Part shown: positions 17,297-26,783 of the stretch, one piece after another
Layout of the letters: each line of letters starts with the position of its first letter
How positions within the stretch are numbered: the stretch's first letter is position 1
Source of the DNA: a virus
Virus record (IMG/VR): IMGVR_UViG_3300044705_000115
Span: 66,044 to 130,043 of that record
DNA: 64,000 bases
Direction: 5' to 3' (one strand)
The notes under the pieces: generated by a model
Told to the model about the DNA's origin: nothing
What the model saw: the letters and a program-made list of their open reading frames with translations, nothing else
The model's database searches: none
Made by a program: the position numbers and the translations under genes

Positions 17297-18424
17297 ATGA
17301 TGAAGCGACTGATGTTGCTCGTGATCGCGGCGCTGGCGGTTCTCGCCGTGCCGGCGACCGCATCGGCGGCCAACCACAAGCCGAAGGTCTGCCCGGCGGG
17401 CAAGCACCGCAACGGCCCCAAGTGCGTCAAGAACCACACTACGCGCGGACCCGCTGGCCCCCAAGGTCCGGCTGGCGCCAACGGCAAGGATGGCAAGGAC
17501 GGCTCGAACGGCAAGGACGGAGCCAACGGGATCAACGGCAAGGACGGAAAAGACGGAGCCAACGGTGCCGATGGACATGACGGTGCCACGGGCGCTACTG
17601 GCGCCACCGGTCCGGCCGGACCTACTGGGCCGACTGGCCCTGCGGGACCGACTGGTCCAACTGGCCCCTCCGGTCCTACCGGACCCGCTGGCCCTACCGG
17701 GCCGACTGGCCCCACGGGTCCGACCGGCCCTACCGGTCCGACTGGGCCGCAGGGTCCGCCCGCACCCCCGACCTACGGCAATAACCACTGGTCGCAGGTT
17801 GATCGCAACACCGAAGGGGACGCCAACGCCTTCCTGCGCGGCGGCCCTCTCGGGGGTGGCTTCGGCGCAAGTCAGGCGCCGCCGCTGGGCGAAGGCTCGC
17901 TCGGCTTCAATGTCGCCAACGGAACCAGCAAGGTCGATTTCGGCAACGAAACCGACTACAACGGGAAGACGGTCGCCAGCCTGACGAAGGTCGGCTACTG
18001 GGTCTTCACGACGGCCGAAAACATCGGCTTCGCTGGCGGCGCTGTGAACATGCCGTCGATCCGGTTCGAGATCAACCCGCAGGGCGCTGGCAGCACGACG
18101 ACGACCTACTCGACGCTCGTGTTCACGCCAACCGCCAACTCAGCCCCGAATACGTGGACGCACATCGACGCGACCACCGAAGGGCTTTGGGGTCTGACCG
18201 GTGGCCAGTTCAACTCGCCCCCGACCTCGGCGAACTGCGGCCTCAACGGGCCGCGCTGCACCTTCGCCGAAGTCCAGGCTTTCCTTGCGACCGGAACCGG
18301 CGCGACGATCTACACCGCCGCTGTCGGCAAGGGCAAGGACTACCAGTTCCACGGTGCCGTCGATTCGCTCGAAATCGGCAACGACACCGTTAACTTCGAG
18401 CCGAACGGGGTGCTGGTCGAATAG
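17297..18424 (+). CDS. Secreted collagen-like protein (moron)
   Basis: Signal peptide ([24 protein letters not shown]), long Gly-X-Y run, C-terminal beta-rich domain; has its own promoter and terminator. Confidence 0.85.
   Translation: MMKRLMLLVIAALAVLAVPATASAANHKPKVCPAGKHRNGPKCVKNHTTRGPAGPQGPAGANGKDGKDGSNGKDGANGINGKDGKDGANGADGHDGATGATGATGPAGPTGPTGPAGPTGPTGPSGPTGPAGPTGPTGPTGPTGPTGPTGPQGPPAPPTYGNNHWSQVDRNTEGDANAFLRGGPLGGGFGASQAPPLGEGSLGFNVANGTSKVDFGNETDYNGKTVASLTKVGYWVFTTAENIGFAGGAVNMPSIRFEINPQGAGSTTTTYSTLVFTPTANSAPNTWTHIDATTEGLWGLTGGQFNSPPTSANCGLNGPRCTFAEVQAFLATGTGATIYTAAVGKGKDYQFHGAVDSLEIGNDTVNFEPNGVLVE
17446..17760 (+). repeat. Collagen Gly-X-Y coding repeats (GKD/GAN then GPT/GPA)
   Basis: Degenerate 9-bp tandem units such as GGCCCTACC/GGTCCGACT. 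Confidence 0.85.
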
Positions 18425-18452
18425 ACCGGCACGGCTCGAAGAAGGGGAACAA

Positions 18453-18482
18453 CAGAGAGGGGGCCGCATGGCCCCCTCTCTG
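18453..18482. terminator. Hairpin between convergent genes
   Basis: CAGAGAGGGGGCC-GCAT-GGCCCCCTCTCTG, perfect 13-bp stem. Confidence 0.8.
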
Positions 18483-18491
18483 CTGCAGGAA

Positions 18492-18794
18492 CTAGCCGTT
18501 CGACTTGTCCTGCCACAGCACGAGGATTTTGCCTTCGCTCGTGTTCGTGGAGGTTTTGAACTTCCCCGCCGCCGGGATCGTCGGGGAGGCGACAGCGGCG
18601 AGTTCCGACGCTTTGCCTTCTTTGCCGACGAGGACGGCACCGACGATGGTGTCCTCGGTGGCGGCGCCGGTCAGCGTGAGTTCGGCGTTCGCCGCCCCGC
18701 CCGTCACGACGCTCAGTTTGAGGGAGCCGGGGAGGAACGCCGCGAGCGACGCTGCCACCTGATCGGGCAGACCCTCGGTTACCAGTTTTGCCAT
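18492..18794 (-). CDS. Small beta-rich protein, possibly virion decoration
   Basis: 100 aa, A/G/T/V-rich; SD GGAGG. Confidence 0.6.
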   Translation of the reverse strand: MAKLVTEGLPDQVAASLAAFLPGSLKLSVVTGGAANAELTLTGAATEDTIVGAVLVGKEGKASELAAVASPTIPAAGKFKTSTNTSEGKILVLWQDKSNG

Positions 18795-18839
18795 TACTTC
18801 CTCCGTATACGGGGGTGGTGTCTAGACCGCAGCAGGGTC

Positions 18840-19109
18840 TCAGGAGCCGCGGACGCGCTCGATGCGGACGGGATGGTCGGTGTAGTACTTCATCGCCCGC
18901 GATAGCTTGTGCGCCTCTCTCCGCGCCTCCTTGAAGCGATCTGGGAAGGACAGAACCAGCTCGCCGTCTTCGAGCCTCGGTCGGGCGGAGAGGATCGCGG
19001 CCGCCGCCACCGGGAAGTCGGCCTCCATGCGGAGCGCGAGGCCGCGCTGCACGTTGACCGCCTCCTTCTCAGGCGGGGAGGTTTCCCTTTTCACGCTGCC
19101 GCTTGACAT
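18840..19109 (-). CDS. Hypothetical protein (start uncertain)
   Basis: C-terminal part ARPRLEDGELVLSFP..PVRIE looks globular; overlaps the helicase end. Confidence 0.45.
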   Translation of the reverse strand: MSSGSVKRETSPPEKEAVNVQRGLALRMEADFPVAAAAILSARPRLEDGELVLSFPDRFKEARREAHKLSRAMKYYTDHPVRIERVRGS

Positions 19110-20928
19110 GGGCCGCCAGCTTCTTGATCCGGTCGGCGCCGTCGTCGCCCGCGCCTTCCAGCAGGGGACGGTCGGGGTTGACCATCGGTTCGCTCTGCAT
19201 CCGCTTCAGGTTGTTGACCTCGGCGAGGACGGGGTCGCTGCCCTCGTTGGAGATGAGGAAGTAGGCGATGGTCTCTTCGATGTCCTCGTAGTCCAGCCCG
19301 GCGTCCTCAAGGCGGTCGCGGCGCAGGCGGCCGATGTCCTGGTCGTGGACGCCAGGCGACCAGTCGAGCTCGCCGAAGACGCAGACCCGGCACACGTTCT
19401 GGATGCCATTCAGTCCGGCGCCCGCCCGCAGCGACATGATCAAGACGCGGCTGGCGTTCTCGTTGGGAGCTTCGTAGACGACCTCGCCGTCCTCATCGAC
19501 CTCGACATGCATGTTGGGTTCGATGAACCGTTCGGCCGAGACCTGTTTGACCTTGTTGGTCTCGTTGCCGGTGTAGAAGACCGGGTTGTAGTCGGCCAGC
19601 ATCTCGCGCCAGATGTCGTAAACATCGTGATGCCAGCCAAAGAGGACGACCTTCTCCTCGGAATCCAGCAGCATCTTCACGAACTCGGCGACGTAGCGAG
19701 CCTTGGCCACGCCGGTCGCGTGGCGCATTTTGATGTCGATTTCGCCGGATGCCCGGAAGACCTCCTTGTGGTTGTCCGACTGCAGGATCGTGTCGGCGAG
19801 GTCGATGACGCCAGCGGTCAGCTTGAAGAGGATCTTCGGGTCGGTCTCGACGGCGTGGACGATCCGCTGCGTCTGCGGCAGTTCCTTGCCGACCTCGGCG
19901 CGGGTGCGCCGGAGCAGGATGCCCTGGTTGCGGAGGTAGGAACCCAGCGCCTCCGGGTCGCGCACCTTGAGTTTGTCGCCCGAGTCGCCCGCGCCCCACT
20001 CGGTGATGAACTCCTCGCGGGTGCCAAGGATGTCGCGGTCGAGGATCGAGACGACGTTGTGAATCTCGCCGCCGTAGTTGTAGACCGGCGTCGCGGTGCA
20101 TCCAGCCCGGTAGACCGCGCCATCGGCGATGCGGGCGGCCGAGTCGTACTTGGCGGTGCCGTGGCGACGGAGTTCCTGAATTTCGTCGAACAGCACCGTC
20201 CTCACGACGCCGGACAGATACTCGGCCCAGCCAGCGATTTTCGCGTAGTTCATGATCAGCACATCGGGCTGGCGGCCAGCCATATCGCGTTTGGTCGCCG
20301 GGTCGTAGGGGGTCGTCTGGACGACGATGTGGCCGAGCAGGTCGGGGAAGGCGAAGCGCAGCTCGTCGAGCCACTGCTGCGTCAGGTGGGTCAGCGTCAC
20401 CACAAGCGCTGGCAGCGCGTCTTCGGCCTGGAGGGTGAGGAGCAGGCTGAACGTCTTGCCCAGCCCCAGGTCATCGACCAGCAGCAGGCGCTTGTTGGCG
20501 ATGATCAGGTTGGCGGCGGTGCGCTGGTAGTCGTAGGGCTCGCGCTCGGGAACGCGGCTGCCCAGTTTCGGTTCGCCGCCGGCGAGGATGCTGGTGACGA
20601 CTTCCTCCTGCTTGATGTGGTCGCGCGTGCCTTCCTTCAGCCGCGAGCGAGCCGCCCCGTTCATTTCCAGCGGGTAGCGCTGCATGACCCAGGAGAGGTC
20701 GCGGCAGACCTCGTCGCTGTCGGCGATGAAGATGCGCCCGCGTTTGCCGCGGTCGATCCGCATGAAGACGCGCTTGATCCGCATCATCACATCGGGCGTG
20801 GCTTTGATCTCCCAGTAGCCCCGGTCCCGCACGAGGACTTCCTTCGGGTAGTAGATGAGTTCCCCGAAGGTCTTCCGCAGCACGGCCCGCTGGGCGCGGG
20901 TCGAGTCGAGCGAGATGACCTCAGCCAC
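19069..20928 (-). CDS. SNF2-family (SF2) helicase
   Basis: DDLGLGKT, FDEIQELR, TATP, GAGLN and DQDIGRLRR motifs. Confidence 0.9.
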   Translation of the reverse strand: MAEVISLDSTRAQRAVLRKTFGELIYYPKEVLVRDRGYWEIKATPDVMMRIKRVFMRIDRGKRGRIFIADSDEVCRDLSWVMQRYPLEMNGAARSRLKEGTRDHIKQEEVVTSILAGGEPKLGSRVPEREPYDYQRTAANLIIANKRLLLVDDLGLGKTFSLLLTLQAEDALPALVVTLTHLTQQWLDELRFAFPDLLGHIVVQTTPYDPATKRDMAGRQPDVLIMNYAKIAGWAEYLSGVVRTVLFDEIQELRRHGTAKYDSAARIADGAVYRAGCTATPVYNYGGEIHNVVSILDRDILGTREEFITEWGAGDSGDKLKVRDPEALGSYLRNQGILLRRTRAEVGKELPQTQRIVHAVETDPKILFKLTAGVIDLADTILQSDNHKEVFRASGEIDIKMRHATGVAKARYVAEFVKMLLDSEEKVVLFGWHHDVYDIWREMLADYNPVFYTGNETNKVKQVSAERFIEPNMHVEVDEDGEVVYEAPNENASRVLIMSLRAGAGLNGIQNVCRVCVFGELDWSPGVHDQDIGRLRRDRLEDAGLDYEDIEETIAYFLISNEGSDPVLAEVNNLKRMQSEPMVNPDRPLLEGAGDDGADRIKKLAAHVKRQREKGNLPA

Positions 20929-21278
20929 TACAGGCCCGCACCAGCGAGGACGACGACCTCCACGGGCTTGCCCGAGATGGTCTCGGGGATCGCGCCGTGC
21001 TTCGGCGTCATGGCGACCACCAGCACGCCGTCCACTTCTTCGCCCTCGATGTAGCGGCGCACCTGGCGTTCCACGCTTGAGCGGGAGCAGGTCACCTTGA
21101 CCTCGATCGCCATGCCCTCGACGAGGAAGTCGAGCCGACCGCCGCGCACGCGCACCTCGCGCTCAAACGGCACCTCGGCGAGGCGCAGCGCCTCGGCGAT
21201 CCCGTCCTGCAGGTCGTACTCATCCGCAAACCGATACCGGTTTGACCGGATGATCTCGGCGAGCTCCGAGAGCGTCAT
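20928..21278 (-). CDS. PD-(D/E)XK nuclease
   Basis: E..Q..REV..RLDFLV..IEVK catalytic pattern. Confidence 0.75.
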   Translation of the reverse strand: MTLSELAEIIRSNRYRFADEYDLQDGIAEALRLAEVPFEREVRVRGGRLDFLVEGMAIEVKVTCSRSSVERQVRRYIEGEEVDGVLVVAMTPKHGAIPETISGKPVEVVVLAGAGL

Positions 21279-21336
21279 GCGATTCGAGCTGGCCGGAGGC
21301 TCCCAGGCCCCCGGCCCGCTCCCTTGGTCGCAAGTT

Positions 21337-21921
21337 CTAGGCGGCGAGCAGGGTCTCCTGGCCCACCGGGTCGGTCGGTTCGGCCAACCCCGCCTCGAGG
21401 GCCGTCTGCGCCTCCATCAGCCCGACATGGATGATGCAGCAGGCGTGGGAGAAGTAGTCCTTCCGGTCGGCGCCATCGACGACCAGCTTGTCGTCGAGGT
21501 ACACGACGCCGGTCAGCGCGTCCTGCACCGCGCGGCGCAGCTTGTCGGAGTCGCCGGTCTGCGTCCGGTGCGGATAGGCGGGCGCGTCGGGCCGCAGCAG
21601 ATGCGAGAAGCGCCCGGTACGGTAGTGCGACTTCGGCCGCGGCTCGAGCGAGAGGATTTCCACCCAAACCGCGCCGTCGAGCAGAGGTCGGTTCCCCCAG
21701 GCCGCAGCGGCCTGGTTCGCCACCCTCTCCATCCACGGCTTCGTGTGGCTGTTCGCGTGGCGCTGCCGGAAGATCGGGCGCCTGGTCTTCGGGTCGAGGA
21801 CGGGCCGGACGACGCCGTCGCCGTCCTTCCTCATCACCGGGTCTGCCGTCTTCGAGCCAGCCGGAGCGGCCTGCCCGGCGACGGTCATTTCGAGCAGTAC
21901 TGGACCTCGCTTCATAGTCAA
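21337..21921 (-). CDS. rusA: RusA-like Holliday junction resolvase
   Basis: DSDKLRRAVQDALTGVVYLDDKLV motif; N-terminal PAGSK. Confidence 0.88.
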   Translation of the reverse strand: MTMKRGPVLLEMTVAGQAAPAGSKTADPVMRKDGDGVVRPVLDPKTRRPIFRQRHANSHTKPWMERVANQAAAAWGNRPLLDGAVWVEILSLEPRPKSHYRTGRFSHLLRPDAPAYPHRTQTGDSDKLRRAVQDALTGVVYLDDKLVVDGADRKDYFSHACCIIHVGLMEAQTALEAGLAEPTDPVGQETLLAA

Positions 21922-21948
21922 AAATGGTGATTGCCGCAGCGGACACCA

Positions 21949-22800
21949 TCAGCCTTCCCGCCTGTCTTCGCCGATGATTCGCCTGCCCTGGCAGTAACCC
22001 GCGATCCGAGAGGCGATGGGCGAGCCGAGCAAGTCCTTCAGTTCCGGGAAGCGCATGTTCGTCGTCAGCAGCAGCGGTTTGCCGTCGCTGGCACGGCCGT
22101 CGATCGCCTCAAAGAGCAGGTCAAGGGCGAACTCGGTCGGCTTGACCTTGTCGATCTCGTCCAGCACCAGGCCCATGCCGCCGGCGATGACCTTCTGCGC
22201 GTCGCGGCGAGCGTCGGAGTCGAAGTCGCCTCGGCTGTTGCGGATCAGCTTCGGCACCGAGACCCAGCGGATCGGCATGATCGGCTTGGAGTCCAGCGGC
22301 AGCGCGTTCACGCGGTGATAGATCAAGCCCTGGGCCGCCACGGCGGCCAGCCGCGACTTGCCGACACCGACGCGGCCAGCGAGAACCAGCCCCTTGATCT
22401 CGCCCCGCGCCCACGCTTCCGCCGACTCGATTGCCGCCACGCGGGTCGCTGTGGCTTCTGCAGCGGTGGCAACGACGGTCTCTTTGCCGGTGCGCTGGTC
22501 GCGGTGGACGACATCCTCGGGCTCCTCGCGCTCCATGTCGCGCCAGCGCAGGCCGCGCATCCGCTCTGGGAAGCGGGCATCGGCGACAGCGGAGGCGTAG
22601 ATGCCGCGCTTCATCTCGCGCAGTTCCTTCGCCATGCGCTCGCCGCCGTCGTCGCACTCGTCGCAGACGAGGACTTCGTCGAGCATCCGCTTCCACGGTT
22701 CGACGAGCGTGTCGTAGTCCTCGACCTCGACGGGCTTTCCGCAGCGGTTGCAGACCGGCACGGACTCGGCGGCCTCCTCGATCACATCGTGGACGCTCAC
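21949..22800 (-). CDS. DnaC/IstB-like helicase loader ATPase
   Basis: GTG start overlapping the initiator stop; CNRC/CDEC, Walker A GRVGVGKS, Walker B LVLDEID, LTTN, SRI. Confidence 0.85.
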   Translation of the reverse strand: MSVHDVIEEAAESVPVCNRCGKPVEVEDYDTLVEPWKRMLDEVLVCDECDDGGERMAKELREMKRGIYASAVADARFPERMRGLRWRDMEREEPEDVVHRDQRTGKETVVATAAEATATRVAAIESAEAWARGEIKGLVLAGRVGVGKSRLAAVAAQGLIYHRVNALPLDSKPIMPIRWVSVPKLIRNSRGDFDSDARRDAQKVIAGGMGLVLDEIDKVKPTEFALDLLFEAIDGRASDGKPLLLTTNMRFPELKDLLGSPIASRIAGYCQGRRIIGEDRREG

Positions 22801-23681
22801 CAGTCCGGTTCGCTCCTCCGCCGACCGGGCGTGTCGATGCTGCGGCGGGCAGTTCGGCTCGAGCGGGCCACGCCGTCGTTGACCACGGCCCCCTGCCACG
22901 CCTTCGGCCCGAAGATGTTGCCGACCCGGGCCGGGCCGGTCCACCAGGGGTTGTCGAAGTTCCGATCAACGATGGCCCGAAGCTCCTCGGCCGTGATGCC
23001 CTCGGATTCGCGGAGACGTTCGACGATCCGTTTCAGCGATTCGGTGGCGCCGTTGGCGCGGCCAAGGAGTCGGAGGCGAGAGCCATTCCGCTCGTTGAAC
23101 TGCTGCAGAGCAGCATCGGCCAGGGCCAACTCCTCCTCGGTGACTTTCAGCCTGCCGACAGTCGGCAACGGGAGGTTGCGGCGCCGTTTGCCAATGGCCG
23201 ACGCCGTGTCTTTCAAGTCGTCTTTCAGGTTCCTTTCAGATGCCTTATTAGTGCGCCCCCCAGAATTTGGACTTTGCTGCGGGTCAGATTTGGACTTTGC
23301 TGCACCAGAATTTGGACTTTGGTCAGCCGACGAAGGGGGGTGCGGGAATTTGGACTCTGCTGCTTCTGAGTGGTTGGAGCCATTGCCGTTCGCTGCCTCA
23401 AAGGGGTGGACGACGATCACATCGTTGGCCCTCCCTCGGCCCTCCTTCTTGGACTGCGGGCGTTTGCTGATCGCGCCGATCCGCTTCAGCTTTTTCAGCG
23501 AGTTGATGACCTGGGAGCGGCTGGCGACATTCTCATCGACGAAGCCCTGGATGCCGTGCCAGCACTCCCTGTCCCCGTTGGCCCAGAAGGAGGCTTTGAG
23601 CAGCACGACCTTGTCCGAGTCGGTCAACTCCGTTCCGCTCTTGATCAGCGCCCATGCCTCTTTCTCCACCGCGAAACTCAC
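22797..23681 (-). CDS. Replication initiator (lambda O-like, N-terminal wHTH)
   Basis: N-terminal HTH_36-like region (LTDSDKVVLL..SRSQVINSLKKLKRIGAI), internal iterons, upstream of the DnaC-like gene. Confidence 0.78.
   Translation of the reverse strand: MSFAVEKEAWALIKSGTELTDSDKVVLLKASFWANGDRECWHGIQGFVDENVASRSQVINSLKKLKRIGAISKRPQSKKEGRGRANDVIVVHPFEAANGNGSNHSEAAESKFPHPPSSADQSPNSGAAKSKSDPQQSPNSGGRTNKASERNLKDDLKDTASAIGKRRRNLPLPTVGRLKVTEEELALADAALQQFNERNGSRLRLLGRANGATESLKRIVERLRESEGITAEELRAIVDRNFDNPWWTGPARVGNIFGPKAWQGAVVNDGVARSSRTARRSIDTPGRRRSEPDW
23209..23363. repeat. Putative replication origin: four iterons plus AT-rich CTTTCA repeats
   Basis: ATTTGGACTYTG at 23265, 23288, 23310 and 23348; adjacent TCTTTCAAG/TCTTTCAGG/CCTTTCAGA and TTATTA. 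Confidence 0.75.
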
Positions 23682-23754
23682 GCGCCTCTACCTACCTGCT
23701 GCGGGTAGACGAGGAAGGACATGATCGCGGGATTTGCGCCGGGAACCTGTGCGT

Positions 23755-24126
23755 CTACTCCTCCTCCATGAACTTCGCCTTGTGGACCCGTTCGACGCCG
23801 ATGATCCCCGCGCCTTTGGCCTTGATGTCCTTGAAGTTCGGCAGGCCGACCTCGAAGACGCCGCTGGCGATGACGGTGCCGTCGGCGTCGGCGACGCTGA
23901 CCGTGAGCCGGTTGCCAGCGTGGAGGTCCTTACGCACCGGCAGGTCGCCAGCGAGCTTGACCGAGCCGCTGATGAAGGCATCGCGCTCGCTCAGCTCGGG
24001 CCGGTGGCGAACCTCAAGGGAGAGCTGGGTCGGCACTCCGCTGTCGGGGCCGCGCCAGCGCCGGCGGCGCTTCTCGGCCAGGTCCTCGATTGAGTCGGCG
24101 CCGGGGCGGTCGGAGTCATCGGGCAT
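23755..24126 (-). CDS. Hypothetical protein
   Basis: Start ATG 24126 (MPDDSDRPG) after GAGGAGGAAG. Confidence 0.6.
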   Translation of the reverse strand: MPDDSDRPGADSIEDLAEKRRRRWRGPDSGVPTQLSLEVRHRPELSERDAFISGSVKLAGDLPVRKDLHAGNRLTVSVADADGTVIASGVFEVGLPNFKDIKAKGAGIIGVERVHKAKFMEEE

Positions 24127-24601
24127 GTTCTTCCTCCTCTGTGTGTTCTCTTTCGAGCGCGTAGAGGAGATCGTGGATCTCCGCCACGAGCAGGGCATTC
24201 GGTGCTTTTGCGGTCACGACCGCAATTCCGAGACGACGCATCCCGGAGTGATGGTCGCCGTGACAGGTGGTGCAGAGAGGCATCCGCCATCGCGGGTCCC
24301 AGGCGACCGCGAAGACCTCCCATTCCGAGTAGCCGCGGTCTCGCAGGATTCGTTCGATGACCTGTCTCCGCAGCACATGGTGGGCGTGCAGTTTTACCGC
24401 TGGCGCAGCAAGTCCGCAAGAGGCGCATTGTCGTCGCCGCGCATCTCCCAGGAACAGCCCCATCAGCGACCGCTCGATCTTCGTCAGCTTCGGTTTCGTC
24501 TTCCGCCGGAGCGGCGTCTTGCGCTTCAAGGGAGCGCCCCTTTTGAGCGGCGTTTTGCGCTGGAGGGGTTTCCCTCGCCGGAGGGGGCCGGAGCGCTTCA
24601 C
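24116..24601 (-). CDS. HNH endonuclease-like protein
   Basis: Basic PL(R/K)R repeats at the N-terminus; CASC..LHAHH..LCTTCHGDHH. Confidence 0.75.
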   Translation of the reverse strand: MKRSGPLRRGKPLQRKTPLKRGAPLKRKTPLRRKTKPKLTKIERSLMGLFLGDARRRQCASCGLAAPAVKLHAHHVLRRQVIERILRDRGYSEWEVFAVAWDPRWRMPLCTTCHGDHHSGMRRLGIAVVTAKAPNALLVAEIHDLLYALEREHTEEEEHAR

Positions 24602-26310
24602 GCGGGCGCTCCGTCGCTCTCAGGCGCCTCTGCGGGGACGTTCATCAGCGGCGCGTCGTCTCGCAGCCGCTTCCTCGCCTGCTCCGCGTACTCAGGGTTG
24701 AGCTCGACGCCCACGAAGGAGCGACCGAGCCGCAGCGCCACGAGGCCCGTCGTACCGGCGCCAGCGAACGGGTCGAGGACGACAGCAGGCATGGTGGGGG
24801 CGGGTACCCAGTCAGGAGGGTCGACTGGCTCCAGCCGCCCCTCCTCGATCAGCGTGGCGAGGACGCGCTGCGGCAACGGTCGGCCACCGCCGGCATCGAG
24901 CCGCAGGTAGTGCGCCCACGCCTCGTAACTCAGCTCGAAGCGTTCGCGTAGCGCCAGCGCCTCATCAGCCGAGAGGAGTCGGAGCTGCCTGGCGTAGCCG
25001 CGCTGCTGGAAGCGGGTGATGGTCGAGCGCCCGGCGCCCGCCCCGCGTGGCCGCGAGAACCCCGCCCGCCCCACATCGAGGGAGGGATCGTCGGTGCCAC
25101 CTTCGCCAGTCGGTGACTCGATCAGGTCGAGATCATCCGGTTTCAGGCCGCCGGAGCCGCACGAGCATCCCGGCCGCCAGCCCAGCGTCTCGACCTTCGT
25201 CTCGTAGCGCCAGTGGCCGACACCCTGGGCACCGATCCGGCCAGCATCGTCCTGCGCCCAGCCACCCTCGACTGGCTCGCTATCGACCGTGCGCTCGCGG
25301 GCGACCATCCGCACCCACGGCGTCCCGCAGACGACGCAGACGCCGCCTTCGGGCGTCCCCGCCCTCAGGCACGGCTCGACCAGCTTCGGCGGGAAGGTGG
25401 CGAAGTGGGCGTCCTTGTAGGGGACGGTGGCGATCTCCCAGACCGACCGCTTGTTGCGGCCACCGGGCGGCAGCGCCTTCTCTGCCGAGTTGGCGAGGTC
25501 GTGGCGACCCGGCCCGTCCTCCCACTTGTGGCCCTCGTTGTGCCATGTCCGCTGCACGCGCTTGACCGAGACCGGCTTGTGCGGCTCGCGGATCGCATCG
25601 CGGTCGTAGAAGTAGCAACCCGACTTCGCCAGCAGGAAGACCTGCTCGTGCGCCTTGGTCGGCCGGTCGCGCACGGACTCAGGCATCGGGTTCGGCTTGG
25701 CCCAGATGACCTCGGAGCGCAGGTACCAGCCGTCCTCCTGGAGGGCGAAGGCGACCCGCCACGGGATGCCGATCAGGTCCTTGGGCTTGAGGCCGGGGAC
25801 GTTGGCGCCGCTGCGTTCGATCCCGTCGTGGCGTGGCAGGCCGGCCTGCTTCGACCCGCCGGCGTGGCCCCCGTCGCGCCCGGCGTTGTAGCTGTCGCCG
25901 ATGTTGAGCCAGACGGTGCCGTCGTCGCGCAGGACGCGGCGGACCTCGCGGAAGACGGCGACGAGCTCTGCGACGTACTCGCGCGGCGATCCCTCCAGGC
26001 CGATCTGCTCGTCAGCCCTGACCGCGCCGCACTTCCCGCAGAGCTCGCCGTAGGCGACATCCTCAATCTCCGCGACCTTGTGGCCGCCGCCGCGCGTCGA
26101 TACGGGGCTTTCGGCCAGCCCGAGTCCTCGCCGCATCTCACCCTTGATGTGGTCGCAGTCGGGGTCGCCTCCCTCCCAGGAGCCGGTTCCGTAGTCGCGC
26201 AGACCGAAGTAGGGAGGCGAGGTAACGACGCAATGGACTGATTCGTCGGGCAGCGCCCGCAGTGCCTCGCGGCAGTCGCCGACGATGATCCTCCACGACT
26301 GCTCTTTCAA
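24598..26310 (-). CDS. DNA N4-cytosine/N6-adenine methyltransferase (beta class) with insertions
   Basis: VTSPPY (IV), HFATFP, VLDPFAGAGTT (I); Cys-rich inserts. Confidence 0.9.
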   Translation of the reverse strand: MKEQSWRIIVGDCREALRALPDESVHCVVTSPPYFGLRDYGTGSWEGGDPDCDHIKGEMRRGLGLAESPVSTRGGGHKVAEIEDVAYGELCGKCGAVRADEQIGLEGSPREYVAELVAVFREVRRVLRDDGTVWLNIGDSYNAGRDGGHAGGSKQAGLPRHDGIERSGANVPGLKPKDLIGIPWRVAFALQEDGWYLRSEVIWAKPNPMPESVRDRPTKAHEQVFLLAKSGCYFYDRDAIREPHKPVSVKRVQRTWHNEGHKWEDGPGRHDLANSAEKALPPGGRNKRSVWEIATVPYKDAHFATFPPKLVEPCLRAGTPEGGVCVVCGTPWVRMVARERTVDSEPVEGGWAQDDAGRIGAQGVGHWRYETKVETLGWRPGCSCGSGGLKPDDLDLIESPTGEGGTDDPSLDVGRAGFSRPRGAGAGRSTITRFQQRGYARQLRLLSADEALALRERFELSYEAWAHYLRLDAGGGRPLPQRVLATLIEEGRLEPVDPPDWVPAPTMPAVVLDPFAGAGTTGLVALRLGRSFVGVELNPEYAEQARKRLRDDAPLMNVPAEAPESDGAPA

Positions 26311-26771
26311 GCGAGCGCCCTATCGGTTGGCACGTAAAGGGTGCGCTCGCTGCCTGCTTCGACGGTCGTTCCCGCCGGTTCGACCCAGCCACCGCGTTCC
26401 AGCTCGCTCATCCTCGTGCTGATGCTGTTCAGCGGGATCGTCAGCTTCTCGGCGATCACGGACGCGGTCATGCCCGCGAAGAAGACGTAGCGCGACCTTT
26501 CCTCGACCAGCATGTCGAGGATGCGCCCGCGCTGCGATTCGCGCTTGGGCTTGTTGCGGAGCGCCGCCGTCTTCGAGGTCTTCGGGTCGCTCGACCGCGC
26601 CTTCGGGGTGTCCAGCAGCGAGTCTTGGCCCGATGCTTCGGGCGAGATGACGAAGCTCTGGCCGTGTCGAATGCCGAGTTCTTCCAGCGCCCGCGCGAGG
26701 TCGTGCCGGTAGGTGGCCAACTCTTCTGGGGTGGCGCCGCGGTCAGGCCGGCGCAGGGTTCGATGCTCCAT
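26307..26771 (-). CDS. Winged-helix DNA-binding protein
   Basis: ARSSDPKTS motif followed by MTASVIAEKL..ISTRMSELERGGWV. Confidence 0.75.
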   Translation of the reverse strand: MEHRTLRRPDRGATPEELATYRHDLARALEELGIRHGQSFVISPEASGQDSLLDTPKARSSDPKTSKTAALRNKPKRESQRGRILDMLVEERSRYVFFAGMTASVIAEKLTIPLNSISTRMSELERGGWVEPAGTTVEAGSERTLYVPTDRALA

Positions 26772-26783
26772 TCGTCTTCCTCC

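Noticed and set aside
17278-17788. Minus-strand GPV-repeat ORF and the long 5' extension of the HARE-HTH ORF
   Set aside because: Antisense readings of the collagen repeat; the HARE-HTH has a strong SD at ATG 17197.
18907-21054. 715-aa plus-strand ORF
   Set aside because: Mirror of the SNF2 helicase. The same applies to 21931-23724, 41548-42951, 47553-48929 and similar plus-strand ORFs.
23265-23363. Short direct repeats as a mini-CRISPR
   Set aside because: Units are about 12-17 bp with only 5-25 bp between them, inside the initiator gene; they fit iterons better.
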